Shown: positions 45,159 through 59,388 of the stretch, piece after piece | Layout of the letters: each line of letters opens with the position of its first letter | Position numbering within the stretch: the stretch's first letter is position 1 | From: the human T2T-CHM13v2.0 reference genome, Homo sapiens | Length of the DNA: 64,000 nt | Direction: 5' to 3' (one strand) | NCBI RefSeq assembly: GCF_009914755.1 | Contig: NC_060932.1 | Notes under the pieces: model-generated | What the model was told of the DNA's origin: nothing | The model's database searches: none | The model's input: only the letters and a program-made list of their open reading frames with translations | Translations under genes and position numbers: made by a program

Positions 45159-46305
45159 TAATGTTATTTTTATTACCATCCTGACAGGTATAGCTGAACC
45201 ATTCTTGAAAAAATACACAGTATACAAAGTATAAATGCAGAAGCGTGTCAATCAAATAAATTGTCTATCTCTCTACCTTTCTTTCCATATCAATCCCAAG
45301 AATTACATAGTAGTAATTACCAGAAGCCTCAGGAGCCTATCAGGAAATAAGGAATACCAATTTTCTTCACCAAAGCCCATCAGCTGGGACAAAGTAGTGT
45401 GGTATTAAAATCTAGGACTTCGGAATGCAATAGCAGTGCTCAGTTTATTTGTTTTTTTAGTTACTTGCATAATTTGTTGGGCTCATGAGCTCTGTAAGAA
45501 TGCTGACTACACAGGGCATTTGGAGGCTTTCCACAAACTAAAACGTGCATACAAACTAGACCTTAACTGGGTGTCGATGGGGTGACCCTATGCCCCATGT
45601 TTACACCTGCCGTCTTAGCACAGTTATTGATCGTGTCCATTTTCACTCATGAAAGTACTCCAGTTTGGCAAACAAGTTAATGGTCACCCTCATTATATAT
45701 TCTTACTACACCACTGAAATCTCTGCTCTTCAGATTCAGAAACACTTGAGCACAGAAGATCATGGCCTCTCAGGGGAGGGAGGAACTCACAAGGTTATCC
45801 AGCCCAACCTATCATCAGAGGCTGAAATATGTTTTGAACAGGTAAGAATGAAAGTGTTAGAAAAGCTATTCAAAGCAAGCATTAAGAGTGCTAGGTGAGC
45901 ACTGATGTGCAGGGTGCTTCGCTGCAGCCTGCAGTGGCAAACATCGAGTTCTTCCTTATTCACAGTAAACCACAAGAGGCAGTAAAGCACAGTGAGGAAG
46001 AACACGGATTCTGGCTGTAGGCTACCCAGGGTCTGGTTCTGCCAGACAGGAGCCAGGCAGCACTTGCCAATTTTCTAAGTCTCTGGGCCCTGTTATGGGT
46101 TGATAATAGCTCCTACTGCATAGGCTTGTGCATTAGATTCAAACGGAAGCCATCCCTCGCACATAAGCAGGCTTAATCAGGGTTAACTAACAATGAAAGT
46201 ATAAATCAGGACCTATTTAGTCAATTGAACCAAAAGTAGAAAAACCTTTAGAGATAATTCAAGTGAGGAAAATAAAGTGATGCATGTACCACTAAAACCA
46301 GCCCT

Positions 46306-46572
46306 TTTGTTGTTGTTTATGTAGACAGAGTCTTGCTCTGTCACTCAGGCTAGGGTGCAGTGGTACAATTGTAGCTCCCAGCAGCAGCCCTGACCTCCTG
46401 GGTTCAAGACATCCTTCTGCTCAGCCTCCCAAGTACCTTAGTGCATGGGCACCACCACGCTCAGCTATTTATTTTTTTAATTTATTTTTTGTAGAGATGG
46501 GGGTCTCATTGTGTTGTCCAGGCTTGTCTGGAACTCCTGGGCTCAGGCGAATCCTCCCATCTTGGCCTTCCC
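46306..46572 (-). mobile_element. AluJ SINE, 5'-truncated
   Basis: Reverse Alu ending at CTTGGCCTTCCCA. Confidence 0.88.
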
Positions 46573-47553
46573 AGAAGCCCCAGACCTTTTAATTAAGCTG
46601 TCTTTACTCCATGTTATGATAGGACAACCGAGGCTCTATCTCAAATGTTCAGACAGAGACACCCAGACTGAGTTTTCTGTGGGGTGCACTACCAGAAATT
46701 GGGAGGTCCAACTCGAGAGTCCATCACGACCAGCACACTATTGTTATTGAGACAGCCTCCACGATTTATTGGTTTTGGGGATTGCTAAACTATTACAGTG
46801 TCATATCGTTTGCATTTAGTAATATGCTAATATGTTTGCTCTACCAAATGTTAATGAACTCGAGTAGGATTTAGATTTTTACAATTTGTTATAAACTTTT
46901 CATTAAGCCTTTTCCCAAACAGGGTGAACTTGTCCTTCAACTATGATATTTAAAGATCCATTTGTAGCAATTTAAGATAATTGGATCTTGTCTTGAAACT
47001 TCCATGCTTGCCAGAAAATAACAATGAGGTCTGAGTCGAATTCTTCTTGGAGGTTTCAGCGCACCTTCGCCTTCAATGGTAGAGAAGCAAGACCACCTCC
47101 CTCTGCTCGTATGGCTGTTTCTATTGTTGAAGCCTCTGTTAAAAATATTCTGGTGACAAAACTATTTTAAGTTTGTCCTCTAACAAGATTTACTCAATTG
47201 TAAAGAAGAAGTAATGGAGCAAAATTTTAGCTTTTCAGTAGCTGAATAATAGAATTTCAGACCCAGAGTTTCCTTGTATGGTAGTAAACTCAATGCATTA
47301 ATAAAGATAGCAGCAATAACTCGGAAATCTTGCCTGACTGAAAAGGGGAAGCCCCTCACTACTAAAAATAGGCTTTGTCATACACCGAAGGGAAAGCCTT
47401 ATTTTTATGTTCTTTTTCCTCTGAAGTTTCTAAAAATGAATTGCTTACGTTTGCCTTTTTTTCATTTCATTAAAAGTGTGTCCACGCTCACAGTCCGCAG
47501 TGCTTCCTCTGAACTCTGGGAGCAAGTCTTTGCACAAAAAAGACACTTGGCTG

Positions 47554-48363
47554 ACAGCATCCGGAAATCACCTGCAATCCCAAAGCCTCCGGAATGCACC
47601 TGCAATCCCACAGCGTCCGGAATGCACCTGCAATCCCACAGCATCTGGAATGCACCTGCAATCCCGCAGCATCTGGAATGCACCTGCAATCCCACAGCAT
47701 CCGGAATGCACCTGCAATCCCACATCCATAGCATCTGGAATGCACCCGCAATCCCACAGCATCCGGAATGCACCTGCAATCCCACAGCATCCGGAATGCA
47801 CCCGCAATCCCACAGCGTCCGGAATGCACCTGCAATCCCACAGCATCCAGAATGCACAATCCCACAGCATCCGGAAAGCACCTGCGATCCCACAGCATCT
47901 GGAATGCACCTGCAATCCCACAGCATCAGGAATGCACCTGCAATCCCACAGCATCCAGAATGCACCTGCAATCCCACATCCACAGCATCCGGAATGCACC
48001 CGCAATCCCACAGCATCCGGAATACACCCGCAATCCCACAGCATCCGGAATACACCCGCAATCCCACAGCATCCAGAATGCACCTGCAATCCAACAGCAT
48101 CCGGAATGCACCGGCAATCCCACAGCATCCGGAATGCACCCGCAGCCCCACAGCATCCGGAATACACCCGCATTCCCACAGCATCTGGAATGCACCTGCA
48201 ATCCCACATCCAGAGCATCCGGAATGCACCCGCAATCCCACAGCATCCGGAATGCACCCGCAATCCCACAGCATCCGGAATGCACCCGCAATCCCACAGC
48301 ATCCGGAATGCACCCGCAATCCCACAGCGTCCGGAATGCACGTGCAATCCCACATCGACAGCG
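47554..48363. repeat. 28-bp minisatellite/VNTR (GCAATCCCACAGCATCCGGAATGCACC[T/C])n, about 28-29 copies
   Basis: Direct tandem array; translations show a 28-aa period cycling through three frames. Confidence 0.97.
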
Positions 48364-50224
48364 TGTTTTCTCACTGTCCCTGGGGATTCCAAGCCACTAG
48401 CCTCTGTTCCCACAGGAAAGTCTCTTTTTTGTCTCTCCTTCAATTCTATGATTATATTCACGTTGAAATATATCAACTTTAAAAAACACTTGTATTGTGA
48501 CATATCAGTTCTCATACCTGTATGGACAGCACTCCTATCAGAAATATGAATATTACTTGTGAGTGTGACAAATAAACATAAACTCAAGAGTAGGTCTTTT
48601 CAAATACATTCTAGCTAAAAAAAAAAAAAAAGCTAAATGAACATGCAGACCTCCATGAAGAATAAACAGCTGGCAAGAGAATGTGTGAGCAGGGAGGGGC
48701 TCTTTAATATGAATAAAAGGCTCAGTGGACTCACAATGGCTGTTTGCAAATACACGAAGGCACTCCGTATAGATCAGAGTCAGGAATTGTTTTATTAGGC
48801 CTAGAGAGATAGAGCTACCATCAATCACTGGATATAAGTCACATAGGAAGCCTGGCACAAAGTAAAAATGTTCAAACATGAAATCAGCTGTCTCTGGGGC
48901 AATGAGCTGTCACTACAGTTATTTGATGTTAGCTGGGCATTGACTTGTGAGAATATTATCAAGAAAATTCAACTGCAGGTAGTCCTGAGTGATGTCCAAT
49001 GTCCACTCCAGCAATGGAACGAAATGACAATGACTACGCTGTGGTTTCCTCGGATATAGACGAAATACATCTGCTGATAAACACAGGCTCCCATACGTTT
49101 AATGATCAATCCAGGCCTGCCTCCAGTAACAAACAGCAGATCTTCAAAGACCAGCCCGGACACAGACAGCCCAGAATTTAGGCCATGTTCTTTGAATATC
49201 TACAATATTACAAAATTCCAGTGTAGCTCACTGAGTCAGTGTGTGTGTATAAAATTAAAAATGCAAAAATTATTTTTTCTGGTTCAGGGATTTCTGTGAT
49301 AAATGTTTTTCTTTTTAAATATGAACAGTAAGTCGAACAATAAATAAATGTAATAAGACAAGAGTAAGAGCCTTCTACTTGTGTAAAGACTTTGTGCTAG
49401 GAAGGTGTGTAGCCGCCTCTACATATTCAATTTTAACTTTCTCTTATTGTTTCTTGAAGGACAGGACTGCAGAGCTCACTGTTTAAGGGTGACTATGCTC
49501 TCCTGTCCATTCATTCATGGAGACCTGAGTTTTTCTCTAGGGACATATTAAAGTAGCCTGGAGTTAGAACAGCACAAACCCTTCAAAAAGTGGTAAATTT
49601 CTCAGCGGATTCCACAGTTGTCATGAATGTGATTAATAGGTGATCAAGGCTCACCTCTTCATCTGGAGCTACCTAGACAAGCAGAAAGGGAAATTCTATT
49701 TCCAGCTCCTAAGCAAATAAGTAACTGAAAACATTTAATTTCTGGGAGATCTTACAAGCAGGGCCACTCTAAAATGAACACTGGGGAGTCAAAAAAAAAA
49801 AAAAAAGGAAAATGACTGCTCCTTACCTGCACCAATGACTCGGGTGATGCTACCCTTGAAGATTCCGTTGGTCCTGATCCAACAGAACATAGAGAGTGAC
49901 ACTGTGTATCTTCTATGAAGAAGCTAGCACAGTGTGGAAAATTGGCCTTACAAAAATGTGTCATGTTCATTACTTTTAATTAAGGAATTAAATTATGTTT
50001 TAATTTCCTGGGGTTTATCACACACTTATTTAATAGTAAATTATATTATTACCAGGATTCATGGTGTGGTGTGTGTGTGTGTGTATGTGTGTGCAAAGTA
50101 GGAAACATGAGAGATAAATGTAATTTAAGCATAGAATGAAATAAAAATGTGTTACAGAAAAAATGAATTAATGTGTTTATTGATTTTTTTCTTGTAGATC
50201 CCAGATAATGTTTACATTTTGAGG

Positions 50225-50543
<319 letters not shown>

Positions 50544-50887
50544 ACATTTTAAGTTTTTAAAAATTGTGTTTTTCACTTTCTTTTGGGTGAGTAAAGTTTT
50601 AAAGGTGGTGTAATTCTCACCACCACATTGCCTGTGTTTTCTCTGATACTATTAAGTGACTTTCAAGAGAGTAGATGGTTACCATGTTGAGGAACTCAAT
50701 ATTTGTCCCAAGTAAATACAATCAAGAATATTGAATATTGCACTAAAGCTGGTTGTGAAACATACATAGATAATGACACTAGTACTCATGAAAATCCATG
50801 TTGGAGGGAAACACAAGACAACTGTTGTTCGTACTGTTCCCTCCACTGCTTTGTGTACTGCCTGCCTGTGCCTTGGATACACGTGCC

Positions 50888-51454
50888 CTAAAACTGTGTA
50901 TTGTGTGGTGTTATTCTAAAACTGTGTATTGTGTGGTGTTATTCTGAAACCGTGTATTGTGCGGTGTTATTCTGAAACCCTGTATTGTGTGGTGTTATTC
51001 TAAAACTGTGTATTGTGTGGTGTTATTCTGAAACTGTGTATTGTGTGGTGTTATTCTGAAACTGTGTATTGTGTGGTGTTATTCTGAAACTGTGTATTGT
51101 GTGGTGTTATTCTGATACCGTGTATTGTGTGGTGTTATTCTGAAACTGTGTATTGTGTGGTGTTATTCTGATACCGTGTATTGTGTGGTGTTATTCTGAA
51201 ACTGTGTATTGTGTGGTGTTATTCTGAAACTGTGTATTGTCTGGTGTTATTCTGAAACCGTGTATTGTGTGCTGTTATTCTGATACCGTGTATTGTGTGG
51301 TGTTATTCTGAAACTGTGTATTGTGTGGTGTTATTCTGAAACCGTGTATTGTGTGGTGTTATTCTGAAACCGTGTATTGTGTGGTGTTCTTCTGAAACTG
51401 TGTATTGTGTGGTGTTATTCTGAAACTGTGTATTGTGTGGTGTTATTCCGAAAC
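50888..51454. repeat. 28-bp minisatellite/VNTR (TGTGTATTGTGTGGTGTTATTCTGAAAC)n, about 20 copies
   Basis: Highly homogeneous direct tandem array. Confidence 0.97.
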
Positions 51455-51896
51455 AGCTCTTCTAAAAATGGGATCCAAGAACTCCTGGACTTCTCTGATA
51501 TTCTTTTAGCGGTCAACAAGCATCTCCCTTTCCAATGACTACACTACCAACCATCAATATATTTTATTTTACATATCTCCACCAAAACAACAAACTTTGA
51601 CAAAGTTAATGCAGAAGGTGCTGAGAATCCAGCCACCCTGTATTAAGCCACACATTAAGGGGCTTTGAAAAATTTTAAAATGATGACATTCTTCACATTA
51701 ATTTTTGCTTTGTTTGAAAATGAATCCTTATTGTTCATAAAAATGTGTTACTTATGTGAGCATGTAATTGATATGTTATTTTAAATTAATACGTAAAATT
51801 GTATCCGTTTTAGTGTAAATAAATTAACAAATCAATATTTTAAAATAATAATAGTTTTTAATGTATGATATAGTTATAAAAAGGTCTTTGGGGTCC

Positions 51897-52728
51897 AGTG
51901 GTAGGCAGAATTCGAAGGTGGTCCCTACGTGTCCCACCCCTGAGTCGAGACATCTCCTCAAATCCTCTCCCCCTGAGTGAGGGCAGAACTCTGAGGATGT
52001 TAGGAGTCAGCTGACTTTGAGTTAATAAAAAATGAGATGATTTGGATGGGAACAGCCTGGTGAGGGAAGCCCTTATCAGGAACTAAGTCCTTCCTGAAGT
52101 CAGAGAGATTGGACTCAGGAGAGGGCCTGGTGGGGTGGGGGACAGAGGGCCAGGAGCTTAGTATTTCCCCATCAGCAGCAGCAATAACATCAGGTCCTCA
52201 GCCACACACCACAAGGACATGAACTCTGCCCAGGAGCCAGGTTTGGGAAGCTGATCTGAACCTCACTGGACCTCGCTGGATCCCACTGGAGCCCACTGGG
52301 CCTCACTGGACCTCACTGGACCTCACTCGGCCTCACTGGGCCTGACTGGACCTCACTGGACTTCACTGGGCCTCACTGGGCCTGACTGGACCTCAGTGGA
52401 CTTCACTGGACCTCACTGGGCTTGACTGGGCCTCACTGGACCTCACTGGACCTCACTCAGCCTCACGGGGCCTGACTGGACCTCACTGACTTCACTGGAC
52501 CTCACCGGACCTCACTGGGCTTGACTGGGCCTCACTGGACCTCACTGGACCTCACCGGGCCTCCAGCCCTGTCAACACCGTGAACTCTGCCCTGTGAGAC
52601 CGTGAGCAGAGGATCCAGCCAAAATGTGCCAGGTATCTGAGCCCAGAAGCTGGGCCGTAGCGAATCTGTGTTATCATGAGGCCCTTAGCACGTGGTGACT
52701 AGTTATGCAGCAATCAATAACTAACACA
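51897..52728 (+). mobile_element. MLT1 (MLT1E-like, ERVL-MaLR) solo LTR
   Basis: GTGGTAGGCAGAATTC start, GTCAGCTGACTTTGAGTTAAT, GTTATGCAGCAAT...AACTAACACA end; 5-bp TSD GGTCC at 51892-51896 and 52729-52733. Confidence 0.85.
52261..52563. repeat. 10-bp tandem repeat (CCTCACTGG[A/G])n, about 30 copies, inside the MLT1 LTR
   Basis: Direct tandem array with variant units CCTGACTGGA, CTTCACTGGA and CTTGACTGGG. Confidence 0.95.
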
Positions 52729-55254
52729 GGTCCTCAAATTTTAAAAATAAAAATTTTATGAAAACCCCTGAGAACAGTTGCCTTCAAAGAGGCTGGGCTA
52801 TCCCTTCCATAGAGGGTCTGCTGAATGACCTTGGTAAAGGGGTTTCTAGACTTCTGTACTCTGATGTCATTTCCAAAACATTGAGGCAAGAGATAAAAAG
52901 AGGAGAAAGCGGCCATTAAGGCTTGTAAATTTTAGCCAGCATCCCAATTTAAACAAAAAGTCACACACTACGACATCTAAGACGGCAAACCTATGCTCCA
53001 AAAAGAGAAAAAAAGATTGACAAGCCCTGTATTAGTACAATTTAAAAAATTTTTTTAAATGTTTAAAATATATATAGTAGATATAAGAATAAATTGACAA
53101 TATCAATATCAGGCCTTTTGGGGGGAAAAAAAAGACAAAGCAGAAAATTTCAGTTTGGTCACAAAAGTAACAATATACTCCATGTCAGCTTTCCCCAGCA
53201 CACTGCATTCCCTGGTGTGGAATTGGTTCTCTGATACCATTCTCCACCAGACGATACCAGGGCTTTTTGGAGAACAATGTGTTTGGGTAAGAAAAATTCC
53301 AGATAACCATACAACATCCTGTTTTTATGAGAAAACAAGGACCATTTCAGAGATGTTAGAGGGACCAAATGAAAAAGCTGTGTAAAAGGGACTCCCCGGC
53401 CAAAGTGTCACAACCTGAGCTACAGATATTAATAAAATCATTTTTTTAAAAGTCAACAATGATTTCAGCTGGAATCCAGTGACTCTGGAAAATGCCACGT
53501 GTACACGATGACATTCAAGGGACAAATAGCAAAGTGTGATAGAACAGCTCGTGCCCAGCCCGCAAGCAGCAGGCAGCTGACAATTTAGAAAACAAATTTG
53601 TGGCCCGAGACACCTAGACATGTGATGATAAATGATGTGTGGGGGTTGTGACTGGACCCCGCTCCGTGTCAGAAACACCAGAATACAGTTGATAAAACCA
53701 GAGGCAGGAAAACAGACTTTCTAGAATTTCAGAAGCTGGAAGCAGAAACACCGTTCAAGGACAGCAGAGCTCTACCTTTGCTTTCTTTCCCAAGATGAGG
53801 TCAACGCCTTGCTACTAATGAGTTTAGTTCAGGAATGAGGTTTTTGTTAACATTCCCTTAAGGAGAAGGCTCTCCACTGTACGTGAAAATTCTTCGGGAA
53901 CGCTGAGTTGTGAGCATGGAAGATTGTCACGCAGCAAATACCATTTGGCACGGCCCTGCTCTGGGAAGACAGGGACACCGTAGGTGGGCATCCCTGGGAA
54001 ATCAGAGAGACAAGAAAACGCTGTACTGCGCTGTGCCAGCCGCAGAAGCCCTGTGTAAAACCCCACCTGGAAGAAGTTAATAAGTGTCTGTTTTTAAGAT
54101 CCTATTTCTGGTTTGAAATCGACAAGATGATGTTGGCGGGAAGAGTCTAAAATAGGCAAAAGGTTAGTGTTCCTGACTCCTTCTCCTAATCTCTCCTTAC
54201 CGGTGCTAATGCTGGAATCTCCAGGTGACAAAATCTGTGCACGACTGGCAAGAATGTCGGGAAGGGGGGCATTTCCTAAGCTGCAAAGGTGTGACAAAGA
54301 GGAACGGCTCTGCAAACTCAGTGACCAGGTCATTACCCATCCAAACCAGGACACCGTTCAGAGTGACAAGCAATCACTAATAAACACCTGGAAAACAGGC
54401 TTCAGGCAGGGCTATCTTAGAGAAACGGGGACCATGTTCATTACGATTATGAAAGCTTTGAGCTCCCTGAGGCCAGCAATCCTTCCTGATTTATCTTTGT
54501 GTTCCTGGTGAAGAGCTTGTGGTACGTGTTTCATTAACATTTGTTCTATTAAAAGTTGAATTAAAATTATTATCAAAGACAGTTAAACATTCATGCTTTT
54601 GTCTTTTTCAATTTTTATTCTGGCATATTCTTACCAAGCTGTGTATTTTATAAATTATACACTATTCTACTTGTTTTTATGCATGATAATTTTCTGTGAA
54701 CAATCAAGTAAAGATTGTATACTAGACACATCTGATTCAGAGTGCTCTGAACAATACTAGCATTGTTTTATTTTTCTATTTCACCATATTTAATGTGAAA
54801 CTCACTGAAAGCTTTAACTGCTTATCTTGTACCTAAGAGAATAATCATCTCCCTTGTGAAAACAGTCTTTATTTGAGAACACAATATCTTCAGCATTCAT
54901 ACTATTTCCCAAGATCCCAATTAGAACTCTTGAATAGTCTGTCTATGGCGTAAGAGTTATCTTTTTACACATAGGTTTGTATTTGTCTTTGAGCTGATTT
55001 GAAATACAGTTGGAGAAATACAATTATTAACAAGGAAAAGACAACATCAAATGCCTAATCGAGCAGCAATGTGGTTTAAGTATGTCACATGACAATACAT
55101 ATTCACATCGCAATGAAAAGACAGGCCATTTGTTCTTTTGATCTATAGGACTATGGTAGATGATAGCTCCACTAGAGAAGCTCACCACTGACATAAGCCA
55201 TCTAGAATAATCTAGGATGCCGTGACTTTCAGGGGTGCCTCCCTCATCACTTAC

Positions 55255-55449
55255 CTCGACAGCTTGGCCTCTCATCTCCTATGTTCCACGTCCCATTGGC
55301 CTGGCACCGCAGGAGCCTCCAGCCTTCTAAGTAGTAACCAGGACTGCAGCTCAGCAATACTTGAGCACCGTACTCATTCAAGGATCCTGAAACCAGCCTC
55401 CAGATGACATGTTCTGAGAGCTGAGCTTCAATGCTGGGGCAAGCGACCG
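55255..55449 (-). CDS. CSMD1: CSMD1 internal coding exon, one Sushi/CCP domain (most 5' exon in the window)
   Basis: Minus strand ttcccttccag|CG GTC GCT TGC...AGC TGT CGA G|gtaagt; 195 nt, phase 1-1; encodes VACPSIEAQLSEHVIWRLVSGSLNEYGAQVLLSCSPGYYLEGWRLLRCQANGTWNIGDERPSCR with the 4 Cys + Trp Sushi signature; sequence recognised as CSMD1. Confidence 0.96.
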
Positions 55450-56299
55450 CTGGAAGGGAAACGTACATCACATCATCATTTTTCTTTTTTGGAAAACATC
55501 AGACCGTGCTTGCTTTGGATGGCAAGGTCTTGCTATATGAAACTGATCTTGTTTGGCAAAGTTGATGCCATTACGTATTATCTCAGTGTTTCTCTACCAC
55601 CCACATAGACATATGGGAATGATCCCATATGTAAAATGCATTCAATTGCCTCACTACAGATGTCCTGGGAAGTCTGCAGTCAGACTGAACTGTAAAGGGG
55701 GTAAATCACTTCCACAAAAGTATATGGCTCATTGAAGTTGATGAAAATTTTCATGAGGGTAATGAGCATATGCAAATAAAAATCTTACATATAATTTCCC
55801 TCAATATCCTTGGAGGAACTTGGAATAGTAATTGTGTAATTGCAAACCAGCTGGGACACTAATTTTCAGAAACTCAGATGCCCTCATTTCTTCAAACCTA
55901 TGAAACACACATATATAATATATCTATATATCATTGAATGTAGAAACACACAGAAATACATAGGCATACTGCACTAATACTGTTTACAAAAATGTTTAAC
56001 AAGTCTTAAAGGAGACCATCTATTCATGTCCTTAGAAAAGGGCCTAGAATATAGCAGTTACTTAAGAAAGAGTAGTAGCAATTGTAATAGTGACAGCAAC
56101 AGTAGTAGCAGTAGTAGTATACTATTACCAGGGTGGACTTCAAGGACTTTCTAAATATACTGAAAATATATACAGAGTCTGAGTTGTATGTGGGTACATA
56201 TTCTTTGAAAAGTGCAAGATGATTTAAAATACATTACACAAAATTAGAAACCAGAACCATTTCTCTAATTACGAAGATTTAGTAGCTATCATTCATTAA

Positions 56300-56763
<464 letters not shown>

Positions 56764-57162
56764 TAACCAAAATGTTACAAAAATCTTGATTAGTCTTTTC
56801 TCAGTAATTTCCAAGTACTATATAAAAATATACGGAAAAATGTGGCTCTTTTTGATATCATCACAACAGTAACAATGAAGTCTAAAATGGGAAGAAAAAT
56901 TGCTAATTTAAAAGTAATCCTTAGGTTTCTTTCTCTCAAGTATTTTTTTAGGTTGAAGGAATTATTCTAAATTTATAAGAAGATTCAAATGTTTAACCTA
57001 ATGATAAAAATAATATTTTTCTCCAGCCAAAATACTCTTACAATTTCTAGCAAAACTGTTTCTGAAAAGCCCTTAAAGGCTTTTAGCCTCATAAATTTAT
57101 AACTCAACTTGAATCTGACTGCATATTTCAAATAAAATGCATTTAATTTCACCAAAAACATG

Positions 57163-57415
57163 CACCGCATGTTCTCACTCATAGGTGGGAATTGAACAAC
57201 AAGATCACATGGACACAGGAAGGGGAACATCACACTCTGGGGACTGTTGTGGGGTGGGGGGAGGGTGGAGGGCTAGCACTAGGAGATATACCTAATGCTA
57301 AATGATGAGTTAATGGGTGCAGCACACCAGCATGGCACATGTATACATGTGTAACAAACCTGCACGTTGTGCACATGTACCCTAAAACTTAAAGTCTAAC
57401 AATAATAAAAAAAAA
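57163..57415 (+). mobile_element. Short young L1PA 3'-UTR fragment
   Basis: CACCGCATGTTCTCACTCATAGGTGGGAATTGAAC...GTACCCTAAAACTTAAAG plus A tail; nearly identical to 33616-33860. Confidence 0.93.
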
Positions 57416-57499
57416 TTATTTTTAATAACTTGAACTATCTTTTACAAACTTTATTTCTGCCAAGAATGACTCAACTTTGTTCTTTCTTTCTTTCTTTGT

Positions 57500-57633
57500 T
57501 GTTTCCTTGTTGTTTTATACAGACTAGGTCTAGTTATATGGCCCAGGCTGGTCCTGAAGTCTTGGGTCAAGTGATCCTCATGCTCAGCCTCCCAAAGTGC
57601 TGGGATTACAGGTATGAGCCGCTGCACCCAGCC
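57500..57633 (-). mobile_element. Alu left monomer (FLAM/AluJ fragment)
   Basis: GCCCAGGCTGGTC...CAGCCTCCCAAAGTGCTGGGATTACAGG, monomer only. Confidence 0.8.
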
Positions 57634-59388
57634 AAAAATTCCAATTTGGTTCACACAACGGAATCAGACAATTTTTTGAGCTGATACCATCTACAGTATC
57701 AATTTCCAAGTTCTTCATGATGATCTCTTTCTTCATGAAAATGGTATTTGGTTGGGTTTGTAATTATCTTAGGCTAGTTTGATTATTTGCTCACATCTCT
57801 CTTTTTTTTTTGGCTATGCTATACCCTCATTTATTGTAAACACTGTCTTTTTACATTTTTTTAGTATAGTGACTGACAAATTAGACACTATATGTGTGTA
57901 TGTGTGTGTATATATATATATATACACATAATATAATTATATGTGTGTATGCTTTGAAAAATAGCCTGCCAAGAAAATACATTGCCACAACAAAAGAAAG
58001 AGAGGAAAGAAACGTGTATGAGTGGAAATTAGGAGTAAAAAGAAAAGTGAGGACTGCAATAAATATTAATATTAAAGTCCATCTTGTCCTTTGTTAACTG
58101 AAGGATGAGAGTGGAAGAGTGGAGATTTCCAGAAATTTGTGCAAATTATCATTTTATTTAATATTTTTTAAGAATGATAGGTAGAGAACATACAAAAAAA
58201 CCTGAGTTTGAATACTCTGTGACGTAATTTGGGAGGAGAAATCCCAAATAATATAAACCAAGAGGATGCCAGACCATTTTCCCTAAGGAGTGGTAGAAAA
58301 GGTCCAGTCTTTGTCAGTTGTGTCTCCATGCACCCCTGCGTTCATACAAAAACAGTGCCAACAGCCCCCACGGAATGGTGGGCCCTGATTTGCTGTGGTC
58401 AATAAGGCTGTCCCAAAGAATGTCCTTTATCTTGGTCCAATAAAATAATGTGGCAAAAATCTGATAACAGAACTGTGACTCTCGCGAGAGGGTACTGAAT
58501 TCAAATAAAAACAGAACATTTTACAACCCCCAAACACCTACCCCAGTCTACTGATTCACATGCCTGTACATGGTTTCTAGTCACTGACATCAGAAGCCTG
58601 AAAACAGTGTCTTCCTGCAGTCCCTGTCACATACACTCTCACAAAGGTGTCTACACTCAACCCCCCCAACTCCCTATGTTTTCTCCTCTTCTGTGCATCC
58701 TCAACCTCTACCTTACTTCAGAGTCAAATGCTTAGTTTTGGCGCAAAATTTCACTTGCACACCCTTAAAAGAATATTTTTAAAAAACACTGATCTCTTTA
58801 TATACCCTTCATTAAAAATTTAAAATTTTCCTCATAAGTTTAAGTCATTGACATTACCAGTATATGAAATGCAAATTATGGTAAAAGTGCCATTAAATAA
58901 AATACCACTTTTACTCAAGTCCAAGAGAATAATACCACGGCAACTTGACACTTCTGAATATTCATTTAAAAGAAATTCAACAAATTTATTTCATTCCTTG
59001 TTCTCTTCCAACTATTAATTCTAGGCTACAGTTTCTATAAAAAAAAATTTTAAGATATTTTATTTTGAAAGTTCTTTATGAATAATCTATAACACTTATC
59101 TGTACCAAACTTCGATTTTTAAATTTCCTGTGACCACACAGTTTCACAGTGAAAACATTCTCTTTGATTTAGATGCAAATTTCCTATTAATATACCATTG
59201 ATTGAATAAACAATATGATAAGATTGTTGATAATCTACATTCAACACAAAAGTAATGTTTTATTGGTAAGACACCAATTGATGCTACAGATAAAGCATTG
59301 TTGTTCATGCACTACTGATTGTTAGAAAGAGACAAGCTGTAGTATCAATTGTATTGCTATTGTGGACTTCAGACCTCAAGACAAGTAG

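Larger units (their letters stand above)
51454..52770 (+). mobile_element. hAT-Charlie-like DNA transposon relic interrupted by an MLT1 LTR
   Basis: CAG...CTG termini; AATGCAGAAG...GAGAATCCAGC...TATTAAGCCACACATTAAG segment recalled from Charlie-type elements; flanks rejoin as TCTTTGGGGTCC|TCAA across the LTR. Confidence 0.55.

Noticed and set aside
47274-48587. Long overlapping ORFs (402, 357, 339, 297, 210 aa) as a novel Cys/His/Pro-rich protein gene
   Set aside because: They arise from a stop-free 28-bp VNTR read in all six frames; there is no promoter, splice or codon evidence, and all frames on a strand give the same periodic peptide
50888-51454. Regular 28-bp repeats (here and at 47554-48363) as a CRISPR array
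   Set aside because: Units are head-to-tail with no unique spacers, there are no cas genes, and the context is a primate intron
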